Assembly: GCA_049967475.1 (NCBI GenBank)
Contig: JBMFSQ010000003.1
Location: forward strand, 64,001 to 128,000
DNA: 64,000 nt
Reading direction: 5' to 3'
DNA from: Chthonomonadales bacterium
GTDB lineage: Bacteria; Armatimonadota; Chthonomonadetes; Chthonomonadales; CAJBBX01
Part shown: piece after piece, positions 1-9,437 of the stretch
How positions within the stretch are numbered: position 1 is the first letter of the stretch
Layout: the number at the start of each line of letters is the position of its first letter
Program-made: the position numbers and the translations under genes
Notes under the pieces: generated by a model
Seen by the model: the letters and a program-made list of their open reading frames with translations, nothing else
What the model was told of the DNA's origin: nothing
The model's database searches: none

Positions 1-28
1 GCAAGTGGCGTCGGAGCTTTAGGCGAAC

Positions 29-1072
29 ATGAATGCGTCCGAACGCGTGCGAACTCCGCTATATGCGCTCTTGGCAGCATCGGGCGGCCGTATGGGAGCC
101 TCTCTCGATGGAGAGGTTGCACTAGATTTCGGCGATATCCGATCAGAACACTCCGCAGTGCGCACGCGTGTAGGGTTGCTGGATCGCTCGGCGCGCGGCT
201 TCCTCGTCGTTACGGGGCGGGACGCCCTTACATGGCTTCAGGGACTCGTGACCAACGATCTTAGACTCCTCAACGACGGTCGCCCGTGCGTCCGTGCCTG
301 TTTGCTCAACGCCACCGGGCATGTCGTGTCCGACACAGTCATAATCCGCCGCCAGGACGCGCTGTTGCTGGATCTGCCTGCTTGCAACCGCACAAAAGTG
401 TTTGAATGGCTCGATCAATACATCATTACCGAAGATGTGGAGATAGTGGATCAGACGGGTTCCACCGCATGTATTTCCATCCAGGGTCCTATGGCGGGGC
501 AGATCGAATTGCCCCAAGACGGCTTCCACACTGTGGTTGCTGCGGATCACACAGGGGAGGGCGGCTATGATGTGTATCTGCCCGCACAACGGGCGGAGGA
601 ATTGTGGCGGGTGTTGCAAAGCCAAGGCTGCACACCCGTGGGCGAGCGCGCATCTGAGGTTCTGCGCATCGAGGCCGGGATACCGAGGTATGGCCTCGAG
701 TTGACCGACAATGTGTTCCCGCTGGAATGCGGGCTTCAAAACAGCCACATCAGCACTTCCAAAGGATGTTACGTGGGGCAGGAAGTGATTGCCCGCATTT
801 TGTCGCGCGGGCATACGAACCGAGCCCTCGCAGGGCTTCTTTTCGACGGAGAGGAGGTCCCTCAGCCGGGCACCGAGGTTCGAGGTTTCGCATCGGAAGG
901 GCAAGCACCCGTGGCCGGCGTCATTACGAGCAGTTGCACATCCTTCACGTTAGGTGCTCCCATTGCGCTTGCCCTGTTGCGGCGTGAGGCATCGCGGCCG
1001 GGCCAGCGTTTGGAAACGGCAACTGGGCAGAAGGCGCTCGTAACGGATCTGCCCTTTGTGAACCGTGAGTGA
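29..1072 (+). CDS. ygfZ: YgfZ/GcvT-family folate-binding aminomethyltransferase-like protein
   Basis: KGCYVGQEVIAR signature; WLQGLVTND; LRIEAGIP. Confidence 0.85.
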   Translation: MNASERVRTPLYALLAASGGRMGASLDGEVALDFGDIRSEHSAVRTRVGLLDRSARGFLVVTGRDALTWLQGLVTNDLRLLNDGRPCVRACLLNATGHVVSDTVIIRRQDALLLDLPACNRTKVFEWLDQYIITEDVEIVDQTGSTACISIQGPMAGQIELPQDGFHTVVAADHTGEGGYDVYLPAQRAEELWRVLQSQGCTPVGERASEVLRIEAGIPRYGLELTDNVFPLECGLQNSHISTSKGCYVGQEVIARILSRGHTNRALAGLLFDGEEVPQPGTEVRGFASEGQAPVAGVITSSCTSFTLGAPIALALLRREASRPGQRLETATGQKALVTDLPFVNRE

Positions 1073-2021
1073 CCTCGACGTCCCAGGCAGTGCACCGGCT
1101 GCCGGATGGCAGCGCTCAGGTGTGGGCGCTGGTGCCGCGTTCACGCTGGCGGCCATCAACATGCTGTGGGCGGCGTCGGCTATAGCCGCCAAAGCTGCAC
1201 TGGGATCGGGCGCGCCGAATTCCCATGGGGTGGGTCCCTGGACGTTGGGCGTGTGCCGTTTCGCTCCTGCGGCACTGGTGTTCCTGCTCTACCTGCGCAT
1301 TACGGGGCAGCTAAGGCCGATGCAGAAGGAACACCGCCGGGATTTCTTGCTCATCGGCATCCTCGGGCTCGCCTTCACATACGGTATCTTCTACGGGGGA
1401 TTGCGATGGACGTCTGCAACGGAAGGGACGCTGCTCGTCTCTGCTGAGCCGGTGTTCATTGCGCTGATGGCTCGGGCGGTGCTTCATGAACGCCTCACGG
1501 GCTCTCAATGGGCGGGCATGGGGATCGGTTTTGCAGGAGTTTATCTGCTGGTCAACCGCGGCTTCCAGCCGACCATGTCAGCCAACGTGCTGGGTAACAT
1601 CATGATTGCTGCAGCCCTTTGCTTCGAGGCCTATTCCGGCGTGATCGGCAAGCGCCTTGCAGCATACTACCCCGGGGTTATGGTCCTTGCGATAGAGATG
1701 CTCGTCGGCTCAGCAGTGATGCTTCCTTGGGCCGTGTGGGAGGTGTGCACCGGCAGGAGCGGGCTGCCTTCAGCGGGCGGCGCGGTCGGGATGGCGTACT
1801 TGGCGATTGTGTGTACGATGATCTGCTATGGGGTGTGGTTCCATTGGCTGCCGAAGTTCCGCCTCTCTTCCATGGCCGGCTTCCTTTATATCCAGCCTGT
1901 GATGGGCCCAGTCTATGGCCGGTTGTTTCTTGGGGAGCGGCTCAGTCTATGGACCTGCATCGGCGGCATTGCGGTGGTTGCAGGCGTATGGCTCGTGGCG
2001 GCGCGGGACGCCGCAGGCTGA
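1065..2021 (+). CDS. DMT/EamA-family membrane transporter
   Basis: About 10 hydrophobic segments in two EamA-like halves (EPVFIALMA..LHERL; QPVMGP..FLGERL); overlaps the upstream gene by 8 nt. Confidence 0.85.
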   Translation: MSDLDVPGSAPAAGWQRSGVGAGAAFTLAAINMLWAASAIAAKAALGSGAPNSHGVGPWTLGVCRFAPAALVFLLYLRITGQLRPMQKEHRRDFLLIGILGLAFTYGIFYGGLRWTSATEGTLLVSAEPVFIALMARAVLHERLTGSQWAGMGIGFAGVYLLVNRGFQPTMSANVLGNIMIAAALCFEAYSGVIGKRLAAYYPGVMVLAIEMLVGSAVMLPWAVWEVCTGRSGLPSAGGAVGMAYLAIVCTMICYGVWFHWLPKFRLSSMAGFLYIQPVMGPVYGRLFLGERLSLWTCIGGIAVVAGVWLVAARDAAG

Positions 2022-2074
2022 TGTAGGTGTTCCGGCATAGGGCGGCGTAAGGTTCCCGCGTAGGAGGTGATGCG

Positions 2075-3322
2075 ATGGCGGAGGCAATCCCCGTGATGCA
2101 TTTTGCCGACACGCACTTCGGGGTGGAGACCTATGGGCGGCTCGATCCCGAGACCGGTCTGAACTCGCGGCTCATAGATTTTAGGACGTCGCTCAATCGG
2201 GCAATCGAAGCTGCGCTGGAACGGAATGTGCAGCTCGCAGTATTTGCTGGGGACGCCTATAAAGCTCGGGACCCGAGCCAGACGCACCAGCGCGAATTTG
2301 CCTCCTGCATCCGCAAGTTGACACAGGCAGGGGTGCCCGTTGTGATGCTCACCGGCAATCACGACGTTCCCGGAGTGCGGGGGCGGGCCCACGCCATGGA
2401 GATCTGGTCCACGTTGGCAGTGGAAGGCGTGAGGGTATTCGCCAAACCTGACGTAGCTGTTATCGACACGAAAATGGGCCCGGTTCAGATTGCAGCGATG
2501 CCCTATCTGATGAAGGGCTTTGTTTTGGCCCGAGAGGAGATGCAAGGACTGACTGCAGACGAGGTGCGGGAGCGGATCGAGAAGCGCTATGCAGATTACC
2601 TGAACAAATTGGCTCAAAAAGTCGAGCCATCATTGCCTACGATCCTTGTGGCCCATCTTTGGGCGGATCATGCAAAGGCGGCCGATTGGCAGCAGGCCTA
2701 CCTGACCGGTGCCGAGCCGAAGGTGTCGGCGGTGCTTACCGTAGCCCGTTCCTTTGACTATGTGGCACTGGGCCACATCCATCGCTTCCAGGATCTCAAC
2801 CCGGGCGGACAGCCCCCCATCGTATACTGTGGAAGCCCGGACCGGATAGATTTTGGGGAGGCGAATGAGGAGAAGGGTTTCGTAATGGTCTACCTTCGCA
2901 AAGGCGACACCAAGTATGAATTCGTACGCATCGCCAACCCCCGCCTATTGGTGGACATACGCGTAAAGATCCTTCCCGAGGACGCAGATCCCACAGGCAC
3001 CATCGTACGTGCGCTCCAGCGCCATCCGTTGGCCGGCAATATCGTTCGCCTGACCATAGAGGTTCCCGAGGAGAGTGCGGCAAACATCAGGGAGGCGGAG
3101 ATCCGAGAGGCCGGCGCTTCGGCTTTCATCCTCCTGCGCCGCATCGAGGTTCAGCGCAGGCAGGCTCTAAGAATGCGCTTCCTTTCCGAGGCGCTGGACC
3201 CGATGGTCGCACTGAAGCATTATCTGGAGCGGGAAGGACGCAGCCCAGCTCGAGCGGAGCGCCTGCTGGAGCTCGCCGGAGCACTGGACGATGAACTGCG
3301 CCGCAAGGAGGAGCTCAGGTGA
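2075..3322 (+). CDS. sbcD: SbcD/Mre11-like metallophosphoesterase nuclease
   Basis: HFADTHFG, FAGDAY, GNHD, YVALGHIH, YCGS motifs; SD AGGAGG; lies upstream of sbcC. Confidence 0.92.
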   Translation: MAEAIPVMHFADTHFGVETYGRLDPETGLNSRLIDFRTSLNRAIEAALERNVQLAVFAGDAYKARDPSQTHQREFASCIRKLTQAGVPVVMLTGNHDVPGVRGRAHAMEIWSTLAVEGVRVFAKPDVAVIDTKMGPVQIAAMPYLMKGFVLAREEMQGLTADEVRERIEKRYADYLNKLAQKVEPSLPTILVAHLWADHAKAADWQQAYLTGAEPKVSAVLTVARSFDYVALGHIHRFQDLNPGGQPPIVYCGSPDRIDFGEANEEKGFVMVYLRKGDTKYEFVRIANPRLLVDIRVKILPEDADPTGTIVRALQRHPLAGNIVRLTIEVPEESAANIREAEIREAGASAFILLRRIEVQRRQALRMRFLSEALDPMVALKHYLEREGRSPARAERLLELAGALDDELRRKEELR

Positions 3323-4083
3323 CGGCGGTGGGGCGGCGCTGCACATACTGCGGGAAACCCATTGCAGCCGAGGATCGCGTAGCGGTATGCGATCGTTGCT
3401 ATGCAGCCCACCATGAAGAGTGTTGGGACCGGAACGGTCGGTGCAGTACCTTTCGGTGCGGCGGCGCACCCCGCAAGCTGATGGGCGCCGACTTGGGGCA
3501 CGTGCTGCAACAGGCATTGGAACAGGCCAACGCCGAACCGCGAGTGTGCCCATTCTGCGGTGGAGAGGCCTACGCAGGTGTCGTTCAGAGCACATCGCCT
3601 GTTGCTTCGAGCGGCAATGTTCCCGTCAAAGGATTGATGTTCGTGGTTCACGAGGATAGTCAAGGGGTGACGGGATGGCTTCAACGCCTGACACGCAAGC
3701 GCCGAACCCGAGGCTGGGTACTTCCCGGCGCTGCCATCAACGCAAGATCTTGCGGCAGATGCCGGCGCCTGTACCTCTGGGGGCTGCCCGTAGAGGATGT
3801 CGTTCGATCGGGAGCTGCCGAGCCCTCCGCTGCGCCGTTCTGTCCACGCTGCGGCGAAGCTCTGGTGCACGGTGCACTCGTTCTCACAGGCGGCCGGCAG
3901 TACCGCACACAATTTGTCTGCAGCGAGGTCCCCAGGTTTCACGCGGACTGGTTCGGCCACAACATACTGGATCGGTATGTTCTCAACAGGTGGTCCGTAC
4001 CCGTTGCGTCCATTCCGGCCCATTCGTGCGCAAAGTGCCGCTACACCGAGGTGGGCGGGCGGCCGGTTTACCACTTTATGTAA
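3319..4083 (+). CDS. Multi-zinc protein: N-terminal prokaryotic RING-like finger plus two CxxC...CxxC zinc ribbons
   Basis: CTYC-x12-CDRC-x4-HEECW-x5-C-x4-C, then CPFC..CGRC and CPRC..CAKC; GTGA overlap with sbcD stop. Confidence 0.75.
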   Translation: MTAVGRRCTYCGKPIAAEDRVAVCDRCYAAHHEECWDRNGRCSTFRCGGAPRKLMGADLGHVLQQALEQANAEPRVCPFCGGEAYAGVVQSTSPVASSGNVPVKGLMFVVHEDSQGVTGWLQRLTRKRRTRGWVLPGAAINARSCGRCRRLYLWGLPVEDVVRSGAAEPSAAPFCPRCGEALVHGALVLTGGRQYRTQFVCSEVPRFHADWFGHNILDRYVLNRWSVPVASIPAHSCAKCRYTEVGGRPVYHFM

Positions 4084-4122
4084 ACGCCGCGAACATCGTT
4101 TGACTGAGATACGATATCGCCG

Positions 4123-6699
4123 ATGGTTCCACGCCGACTGACGCTGCGAAACTTCATGAGCTATGGAAGCGAGCCGGTTACGCTCGACTTCTCAGGCCAT
4201 CACGTATTGTGTCTTTCCGGTGACAACGGCAATGGCAAATCCGCATTGCTTGACGCCATGACGTATGCACTCTGGGGCAGAACGCGTGCATCCGGGACGC
4301 GCTCGGGTAGCGAAGATGATCTCGTGAGGCTTGGTGCGGAGGACATGGAGATCATCTTTGATTTCGAACTGGAGGGCGACCTGTTTCGAGTAGTGCGGCG
4401 TCGCAACCGGAGAACTCGCTCCGGCGCATGGGAGCTTCAGCGCCTGCACGATGGGATGGCGATACCGGTCGGCGGCACCGGAATGCGCGACACCGAGCGC
4501 CGCCTCGCCTCACTCTTGCGGATGGAATATGAAACATTCATCAACTCCGCTTACATCCAGCAAGGCCGCGCCGATGAGTTTACGCGCCAGAAACCCGCAG
4601 ACCGAAAGCGCATTCTGGGGGAGATCCTGAACCTCGAACGATACGGGCAGCTCGAGGAGCTGGCCAAGGAGCACAGGCGCGAATGCGAGGCCAGGATCAC
4701 CGATTTGGAGGGCGAGATGCGTGTCCTCGAGGCGCGCCTGGCAGAGGAACCGCAGTTCCGGCAAGCACTGGAGGAACATCGGCGCGCGCTTGCCGAGGCG
4801 CAGCGGGAACGGGAGGCCGCCGAAGCCCTATATGCTGAGGGACAAGCGAAACTTGCAGCCCTTGCAGAACGAAGGCAGCGCGTAGAGCAGCACGAGGCGA
4901 ACTTCAAGCGTCTTGAAGCGGATCGGGCTAGGCTGGTTGCCGCGCTGGTCGCCCTTCAAAAGGAGCAATCGTCTGCCGACGCGATCCTTGCAGACAGGGC
5001 TCAAATAGAGCAGGAACTGCAGGAGCTGAAATTCGCCCAGTCCCAGCTAGACAGGCTTGCCGGGAAGGTAGAAGAACTTCGCGACGCCGAGCGCGAACAC
5101 ACGCGATTGAGCAACGAATTGGAAAGATCGCGCGCGGAATTGCAGCACTCAATCCAGATGCTGGCGGAACAGCACAAGCGGGCTCAGGATGCCGCGCGCG
5201 AGGTCGCAGCGCTTGATGCGAAGGTTCGGGAGATCGAGGCCGCAATCGCAAGCGCCGGCGCCGTGGAGCAGGCACTGACCAAAGCTCGGCAAGAAAAAGA
5301 GAGACTGGACAACGAATTCGGAGAGCTCAAAGCCCAAAACGACCGCATGAAACGCGAGATCGAGGAGCTCGACGAAGTCCTTTTGATCCTCAGGCAGCCC
5401 AGGGCTCAGTGCCCGGTTTGCGAGTCCGACCTTTCTGGGGGCCGGCAGGAGGCGGTCCTCCAAAAGCAGATGCAGAAGCGCGCCGAATTGGCGCAGGAGC
5501 AGGCGAAACTCCACCGCCAGGGCAACGCCCTCAAGCAGCGGCGTGAAGCCCTGACGAAAGAGATTGAGGGTCTCGAAGAGAACGCCAAACACGTAAACAC
5601 TCTTCGAGAGCGGCGCCAGCAACTGCTCGATCGGGCATCGCAGATGCGGGCAGAAGCAGAGAAGGAGCGCGAACTTGCGCACCGGTTGGTGCAGCTTCGC
5701 ACCGAGCTCGAACGTGAGGACTACGGTGCCGCAGAGCGCGCATCGTTAACGGCGCTTCAGCCGCGTATAGAAGTACTCAGGCGGGATGTGCGCGAATACG
5801 ATCGGTATTCCGCCAGGGTTCGGGAGCTGATGAGCCGGCAGGTGGAAGCACGCTTCGCGCGGCTGGGAGAGGCCGAGCGAACGATCCAGCGAGTGCTGCG
5901 CGATCAGGAGGATCACCGCCGCCAGATCGCACAGTTGGATGAGGCTCTAGCCGCAGAACGACGAACGGCGGATGCTCTGCGGGCAGAGCTTGCCGGGTAC
6001 GCTGAGGTCGTAGAGGAGGTGAGAGCGGCCGAGGCGGCTGCCGGCGCGGCGAGGGCCAAATACGATGAAGCCGCGCGACAAGTCGGCGCTGCGCAACATG
6101 CCCTGGACGAATGCGACGCCGCTCGGGAGGAGTTGGCGCTTCGCAAGAAGGAGCATAAGCGCCTCGAGGAAGAGAGGTCCCTTTACAACGAGTTGGCGGC
6201 AGCCTTTGGGAAGAACGGCCTCCAGGCCCTCATCATCGAGAATGCTCTGCCGGAGATACAGGATGAAGCGAACCGCCTATTGGGCCGAATGACAGACAAC
6301 GGCATGAAGGTAGTTCTCACTGCCGTGCGTACCGGCCAGTCGGGCCGAGGCCAAATCGAGACACTGGATATCCGCATTACGGACGATCTGGGTGAGCGCC
6401 CCTACGAGATGTACAGCGGCGGTGAGGCCTTCCGCGTGAACTTTGCTGTGCGCATCGCTCTCTCGCGGCTGCTTACGAAGCGTGCCGGCGCCCAGCTTCA
6501 AACGCTGATTCTGGACGAGGGGTTCGGCTCCCAGGACTCCAAAGGTCGTGAACGGCTGGTGGAAGCCATCCAGAGCATCCAAGACGAATTTCGCCTCATC
6601 ATTGTGATCTCCCATATCGAGGAGCTTAAAGACGCGTTCCCATCGCGCGTGGAGGTGATCAAGACGCCGGCCGGCTCGCGCATCGAGTACGTGGAGTAA
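4123..6699 (+). CDS. sbcC: SbcC/Rad50 SMC-family ATPase
   Basis: Walker A GDNGNGKS, Q-loop YIQQG, long coiled coil with central CPVC zinc hook, YSGGE signature, LILDEGFGSQD, ISH. Confidence 0.93.
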   Translation: MVPRRLTLRNFMSYGSEPVTLDFSGHHVLCLSGDNGNGKSALLDAMTYALWGRTRASGTRSGSEDDLVRLGAEDMEIIFDFELEGDLFRVVRRRNRRTRSGAWELQRLHDGMAIPVGGTGMRDTERRLASLLRMEYETFINSAYIQQGRADEFTRQKPADRKRILGEILNLERYGQLEELAKEHRRECEARITDLEGEMRVLEARLAEEPQFRQALEEHRRALAEAQREREAAEALYAEGQAKLAALAERRQRVEQHEANFKRLEADRARLVAALVALQKEQSSADAILADRAQIEQELQELKFAQSQLDRLAGKVEELRDAEREHTRLSNELERSRAELQHSIQMLAEQHKRAQDAAREVAALDAKVREIEAAIASAGAVEQALTKARQEKERLDNEFGELKAQNDRMKREIEELDEVLLILRQPRAQCPVCESDLSGGRQEAVLQKQMQKRAELAQEQAKLHRQGNALKQRREALTKEIEGLEENAKHVNTLRERRQQLLDRASQMRAEAEKERELAHRLVQLRTELEREDYGAAERASLTALQPRIEVLRRDVREYDRYSARVRELMSRQVEARFARLGEAERTIQRVLRDQEDHRRQIAQLDEALAAERRTADALRAELAGYAEVVEEVRAAEAAAGAARAKYDEAARQVGAAQHALDECDAAREELALRKKEHKRLEEERSLYNELAAAFGKNGLQALIIENALPEIQDEANRLLGRMTDNGMKVVLTAVRTGQSGRGQIETLDIRITDDLGERPYEMYSGGEAFRVNFAVRIALSRLLTKRAGAQLQTLILDEGFGSQDSKGRERLVEAIQSIQDEFRLIIVISHIEELKDAFPSRVEVIKTPAGSRIEYVE

Positions 6700-7176
6700 T
6701 CAGGGAAGGGGATCCTTGGGCACGACACTGATGCTTCCGTCCACCTCCAGCACCATGAGACGGGCCTGCGAGGGTGATGTGAGCCCATGCTGGCGGAGTG
6801 CAGCTTCGATCTGTTCCATCGTGATGCCTTCTGCCTGTGCAATGTCTCGCCGCAGTTTTCCATCCGTCAGGATTACCACAGGATGCCCCGATGCGATGGC
6901 GTGGAAGGTCGAGCTTCGAAGGGCAAGGCTCGTATACAGCCGTCCCAAGAGCAACAGCACACCCGCCGACACGAACCCGGTGGAAAGGTCGCCCGTACCT
7001 GCTGTGAGCCCATTCTGCACGGCGTTGGCCACACACATCACCATTACGAGGTCCATCAGGTGCATCTGACCCAATTGGCGTTTGCCGAGCAATCGGAACC
7101 CGAGCACCAATCCGATGAAGGTAACTGCCGTGCGGAGCGCAATCTGCGCCAGGAATTGTTGGAAGGAGGGCGTCAT
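6700..7176 (-). CDS. DUF421/YetF-family membrane protein
   Basis: FRLLGKRQLGQM..DLV, three TM segments, C-terminal LEVDGSISVV. Confidence 0.85.
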   Translation of the reverse strand: MTPSFQQFLAQIALRTAVTFIGLVLGFRLLGKRQLGQMHLMDLVMVMCVANAVQNGLTAGTGDLSTGFVSAGVLLLLGRLYTSLALRSSTFHAIASGHPVVILTDGKLRRDIAQAEGITMEQIEAALRQHGLTSPSQARLMVLEVDGSISVVPKDPLP

Positions 7177-7188
7177 CGTGTCTTGGCT

Positions 7189-7731
7189 CTATGAGAGGCG
7201 CAGGGCCCGGAAGTGGCGCCGTGTCCGATGAACCTGGGCATCCTTCGGCACAATGCTGAGGCTGCCGTCCACCTCCAGCACGCACATCGCGGCATCCTCA
7301 GGGCGTTCGAGGCCGTGCTCCCGCAGGGCGGCGAAGAGCTGTTCCGGTGTGATGCCCAGCCGCCTCATGCGTTGTTTGAGGATGTGGCCGTTGCTGATGA
7401 TGAGGCTTGGCTCACCCACCAATAAGTGTTCCAGCTTGGGAGAGCGCTCTACGAGGGCGTTGAGGATGCGATTGAGGAGGAGCAGGGTTGCTGCGGCCAC
7501 CAGTCCTCCCAATAGTGTCGTGTCCGACCCGACCATGGCATTCTGTACGGAGTTGGCCAGTACAATCACGAGGACGAGATCATAGAGGTTCATCTGCCCC
7601 AATTCGCGCGTGCCGGCGATCCTCAGGCCGGCGACCAGAAAAAGATAGACTACGGCCGTTTTGAGGGCTACAAAGCCCAAGTCCACGGGATGCGGATGGG
7701 TGAAGACTGCCGAAAGCCAGCGCAAATCCAT
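7189..7731 (-). CDS. DUF421/YetF-family membrane protein
   Basis: LRIAGTRELGQMNLYDLV; GEP..IISNG; LEVDGSLSIV. Confidence 0.85.
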   Translation of the reverse strand: MDLRWLSAVFTHPHPVDLGFVALKTAVVYLFLVAGLRIAGTRELGQMNLYDLVLVIVLANSVQNAMVGSDTTLLGGLVAAATLLLLNRILNALVERSPKLEHLLVGEPSLIISNGHILKQRMRRLGITPEQLFAALREHGLERPEDAAMCVLEVDGSLSIVPKDAQVHRTRRHFRALRLS

Positions 7732-7787
7732 CAGGGCTCATCCTCCTGCGCAAGTGTAGGTGCGGATCGGTTCGGGAACGACCCAAC

Positions 7788-8294
7788 ATGATGCATTATC
7801 TTTTGATCCTATCGCACACCCTGGCTATCTACATCTACCTTATTGTGGGTTTGCGCTTCGTCGCTCGCCGCCAGTTGACCCAGCTAGCGGCGACGGATAT
7901 CGTCATCATCTTGCTGCTCGGCAGCGCCGTAGAGACCTCTATGATTGCCAACGACACGTCGCTTGCTGCCGGGCTCGTGTCCGCTGCGACGCTCATTGGG
8001 GCGGACTGGATCGTCACACGAGTTACCCTCCGGAGGCGGCGGCTGCGGAGGTTCCTTACGGGAGGGCCGCTCTTGCTGGTACACAACGGGCAGGTGCTCC
8101 ACAACAACCTGCGGCAGGCAGGCATGACGGAAGATGATCTTTTGGAAGCCCTTCGGGAGCGTGAGGCGGCCTCTCCAAGTGATGTCCGCTTTGCCGTCAT
8201 GGAGCTGGATGGAAGCATCACGGTAGTACTGCGCAGCCCGCACCGGCGTCACGTGACCCCGCCGGGCGGATGGAACAGCAACCCCAGTCCATAG
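7788..8294 (+). CDS. DUF421/YetF-family membrane protein
   Basis: LRFVARRQLTQL..DIV; GGPLLLVHNG; MELDGSITVV. Confidence 0.82.
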   Translation: MMHYLLILSHTLAIYIYLIVGLRFVARRQLTQLAATDIVIILLLGSAVETSMIANDTSLAAGLVSAATLIGADWIVTRVTLRRRRLRRFLTGGPLLLVHNGQVLHNNLRQAGMTEDDLLEALREREAASPSDVRFAVMELDGSITVVLRSPHRRHVTPPGGWNSNPSP

Positions 8295-9397
8295 GTTATA
8301 GCGGCCTCTAGAACCCCCACGACGGTCATCTCGGTCCCCGAAGCAACCCAGCTTCTGGCAGTGACCAGGCTTTTTGCGGCTCCTACAGCAAAATGAGCCA
8401 AGGTGCTGATGACCGCCGAAGCAATCACAGCAGGCATGCCGCTTGCAAAGAAGAAAGGCAACACCGGTATGGCGGCTCCGAGGGCCGTGGAGATCGTAGC
8501 CGACGCCAGCGCCACCCAAGGGTTGGGGAAGTGTCGTTCGGAGAGGCCCAATTCCTCCGAGGCCATCGTTTTGAGAAACAGGTCCGGCTGTGCTGCGATG
8601 GTCCTGGCCATGTGTTCGGCCTCTTCCTTTGTGAAGCCTTTGATCTGGTAAATGAGCGCCAACTCTTCGCTTTCATGTTCGGGGTCCTCATGGATTTCTC
8701 GCCGCTCTCGGGCGAGTTCCGCCTCGTACACTTCGCGTTCGGACTTGGTGGCCAAATAGGCGCCGGACCCCATGGAAAGGGCGCTGGCCAGCATCCCGAA
8801 AAGGCCTGCCACTACAACTTGGTGGCTGCCTCCGGTATAGCCTGCCATGCCGCTGACAATACCGAAGACCGCGCCGAGGCCATCGTTGACGCCGTAGATG
8901 GCGTCGCCAATCCAACTCCCCGTAGACACGTGCCACTTTTCGCGCTTCAGCATGGCTTCGAGTTGGGAATGTGGGGTAACCGCCGGCGCCATAGTCTGGA
9001 GGAGCCGTGCGTGGGCTTGCTCTTCGGCTTCCACCTCCAGGAAGAGACGGTGGGTTTCGGAATCCTCCCGGATCACATCGGATTGGCGGGAGAAAAACGC
9101 GATATTGCGTTCCTCTGCAGCCTCCATCCGGCGAAGGGCTGCATCCGTTCCCAGATAGCGGATTACCATGCGGTCGAGGAGACCGGGCCCCGGCGTCGCC
9201 TCGCTCACGTTCACGCCCATGGCCTCGAGGCGTTCCTCGAAGCGGCGGGCATGATCTTCCTCGGCTGCCGCCAGTTTGTGGAAGAGCTCTCTGCGCCGCT
9301 CGTCCGGCTGTTGGTCCCCAAGCATTCGGTAGAGGCGCGCGGCGTAAAGCTCTCGGTCCCGCGCGATGCGCAAAGCGCGGTGAAGCCTCCGATCCAT
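8249..9397 (-). CDS. Rubrerythrin/ferritin-like domain fused to a VIT1/CCC1 Fe/Mn transporter (MbfA-like architecture)
   Basis: Two ExxH diiron motifs (AEEDH, EEQAH), then VIT1 motifs DAIYGVNDGL and ALSMGSGAYLA; start moved to ATG 9397 behind GGAGG. Confidence 0.85.
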   Translation of the reverse strand: MDRRLHRALRIARDRELYAARLYRMLGDQQPDERRRELFHKLAAAEEDHARRFEERLEAMGVNVSEATPGPGLLDRMVIRYLGTDAALRRMEAAEERNIAFFSRQSDVIREDSETHRLFLEVEAEEQAHARLLQTMAPAVTPHSQLEAMLKREKWHVSTGSWIGDAIYGVNDGLGAVFGIVSGMAGYTGGSHQVVVAGLFGMLASALSMGSGAYLATKSEREVYEAELARERREIHEDPEHESEELALIYQIKGFTKEEAEHMARTIAAQPDLFLKTMASEELGLSERHFPNPWVALASATISTALGAAIPVLPFFFASGMPAVIASAVISTLAHFAVGAAKSLVTARSWVASGTEMTVVGVLEAAITYGLGLLFHPPGGVT

Positions 9398-9437
9398 GTC
9401 CCCTCCCAAAGGCTCTTCAGGCATTCCGTCGGTCCTC

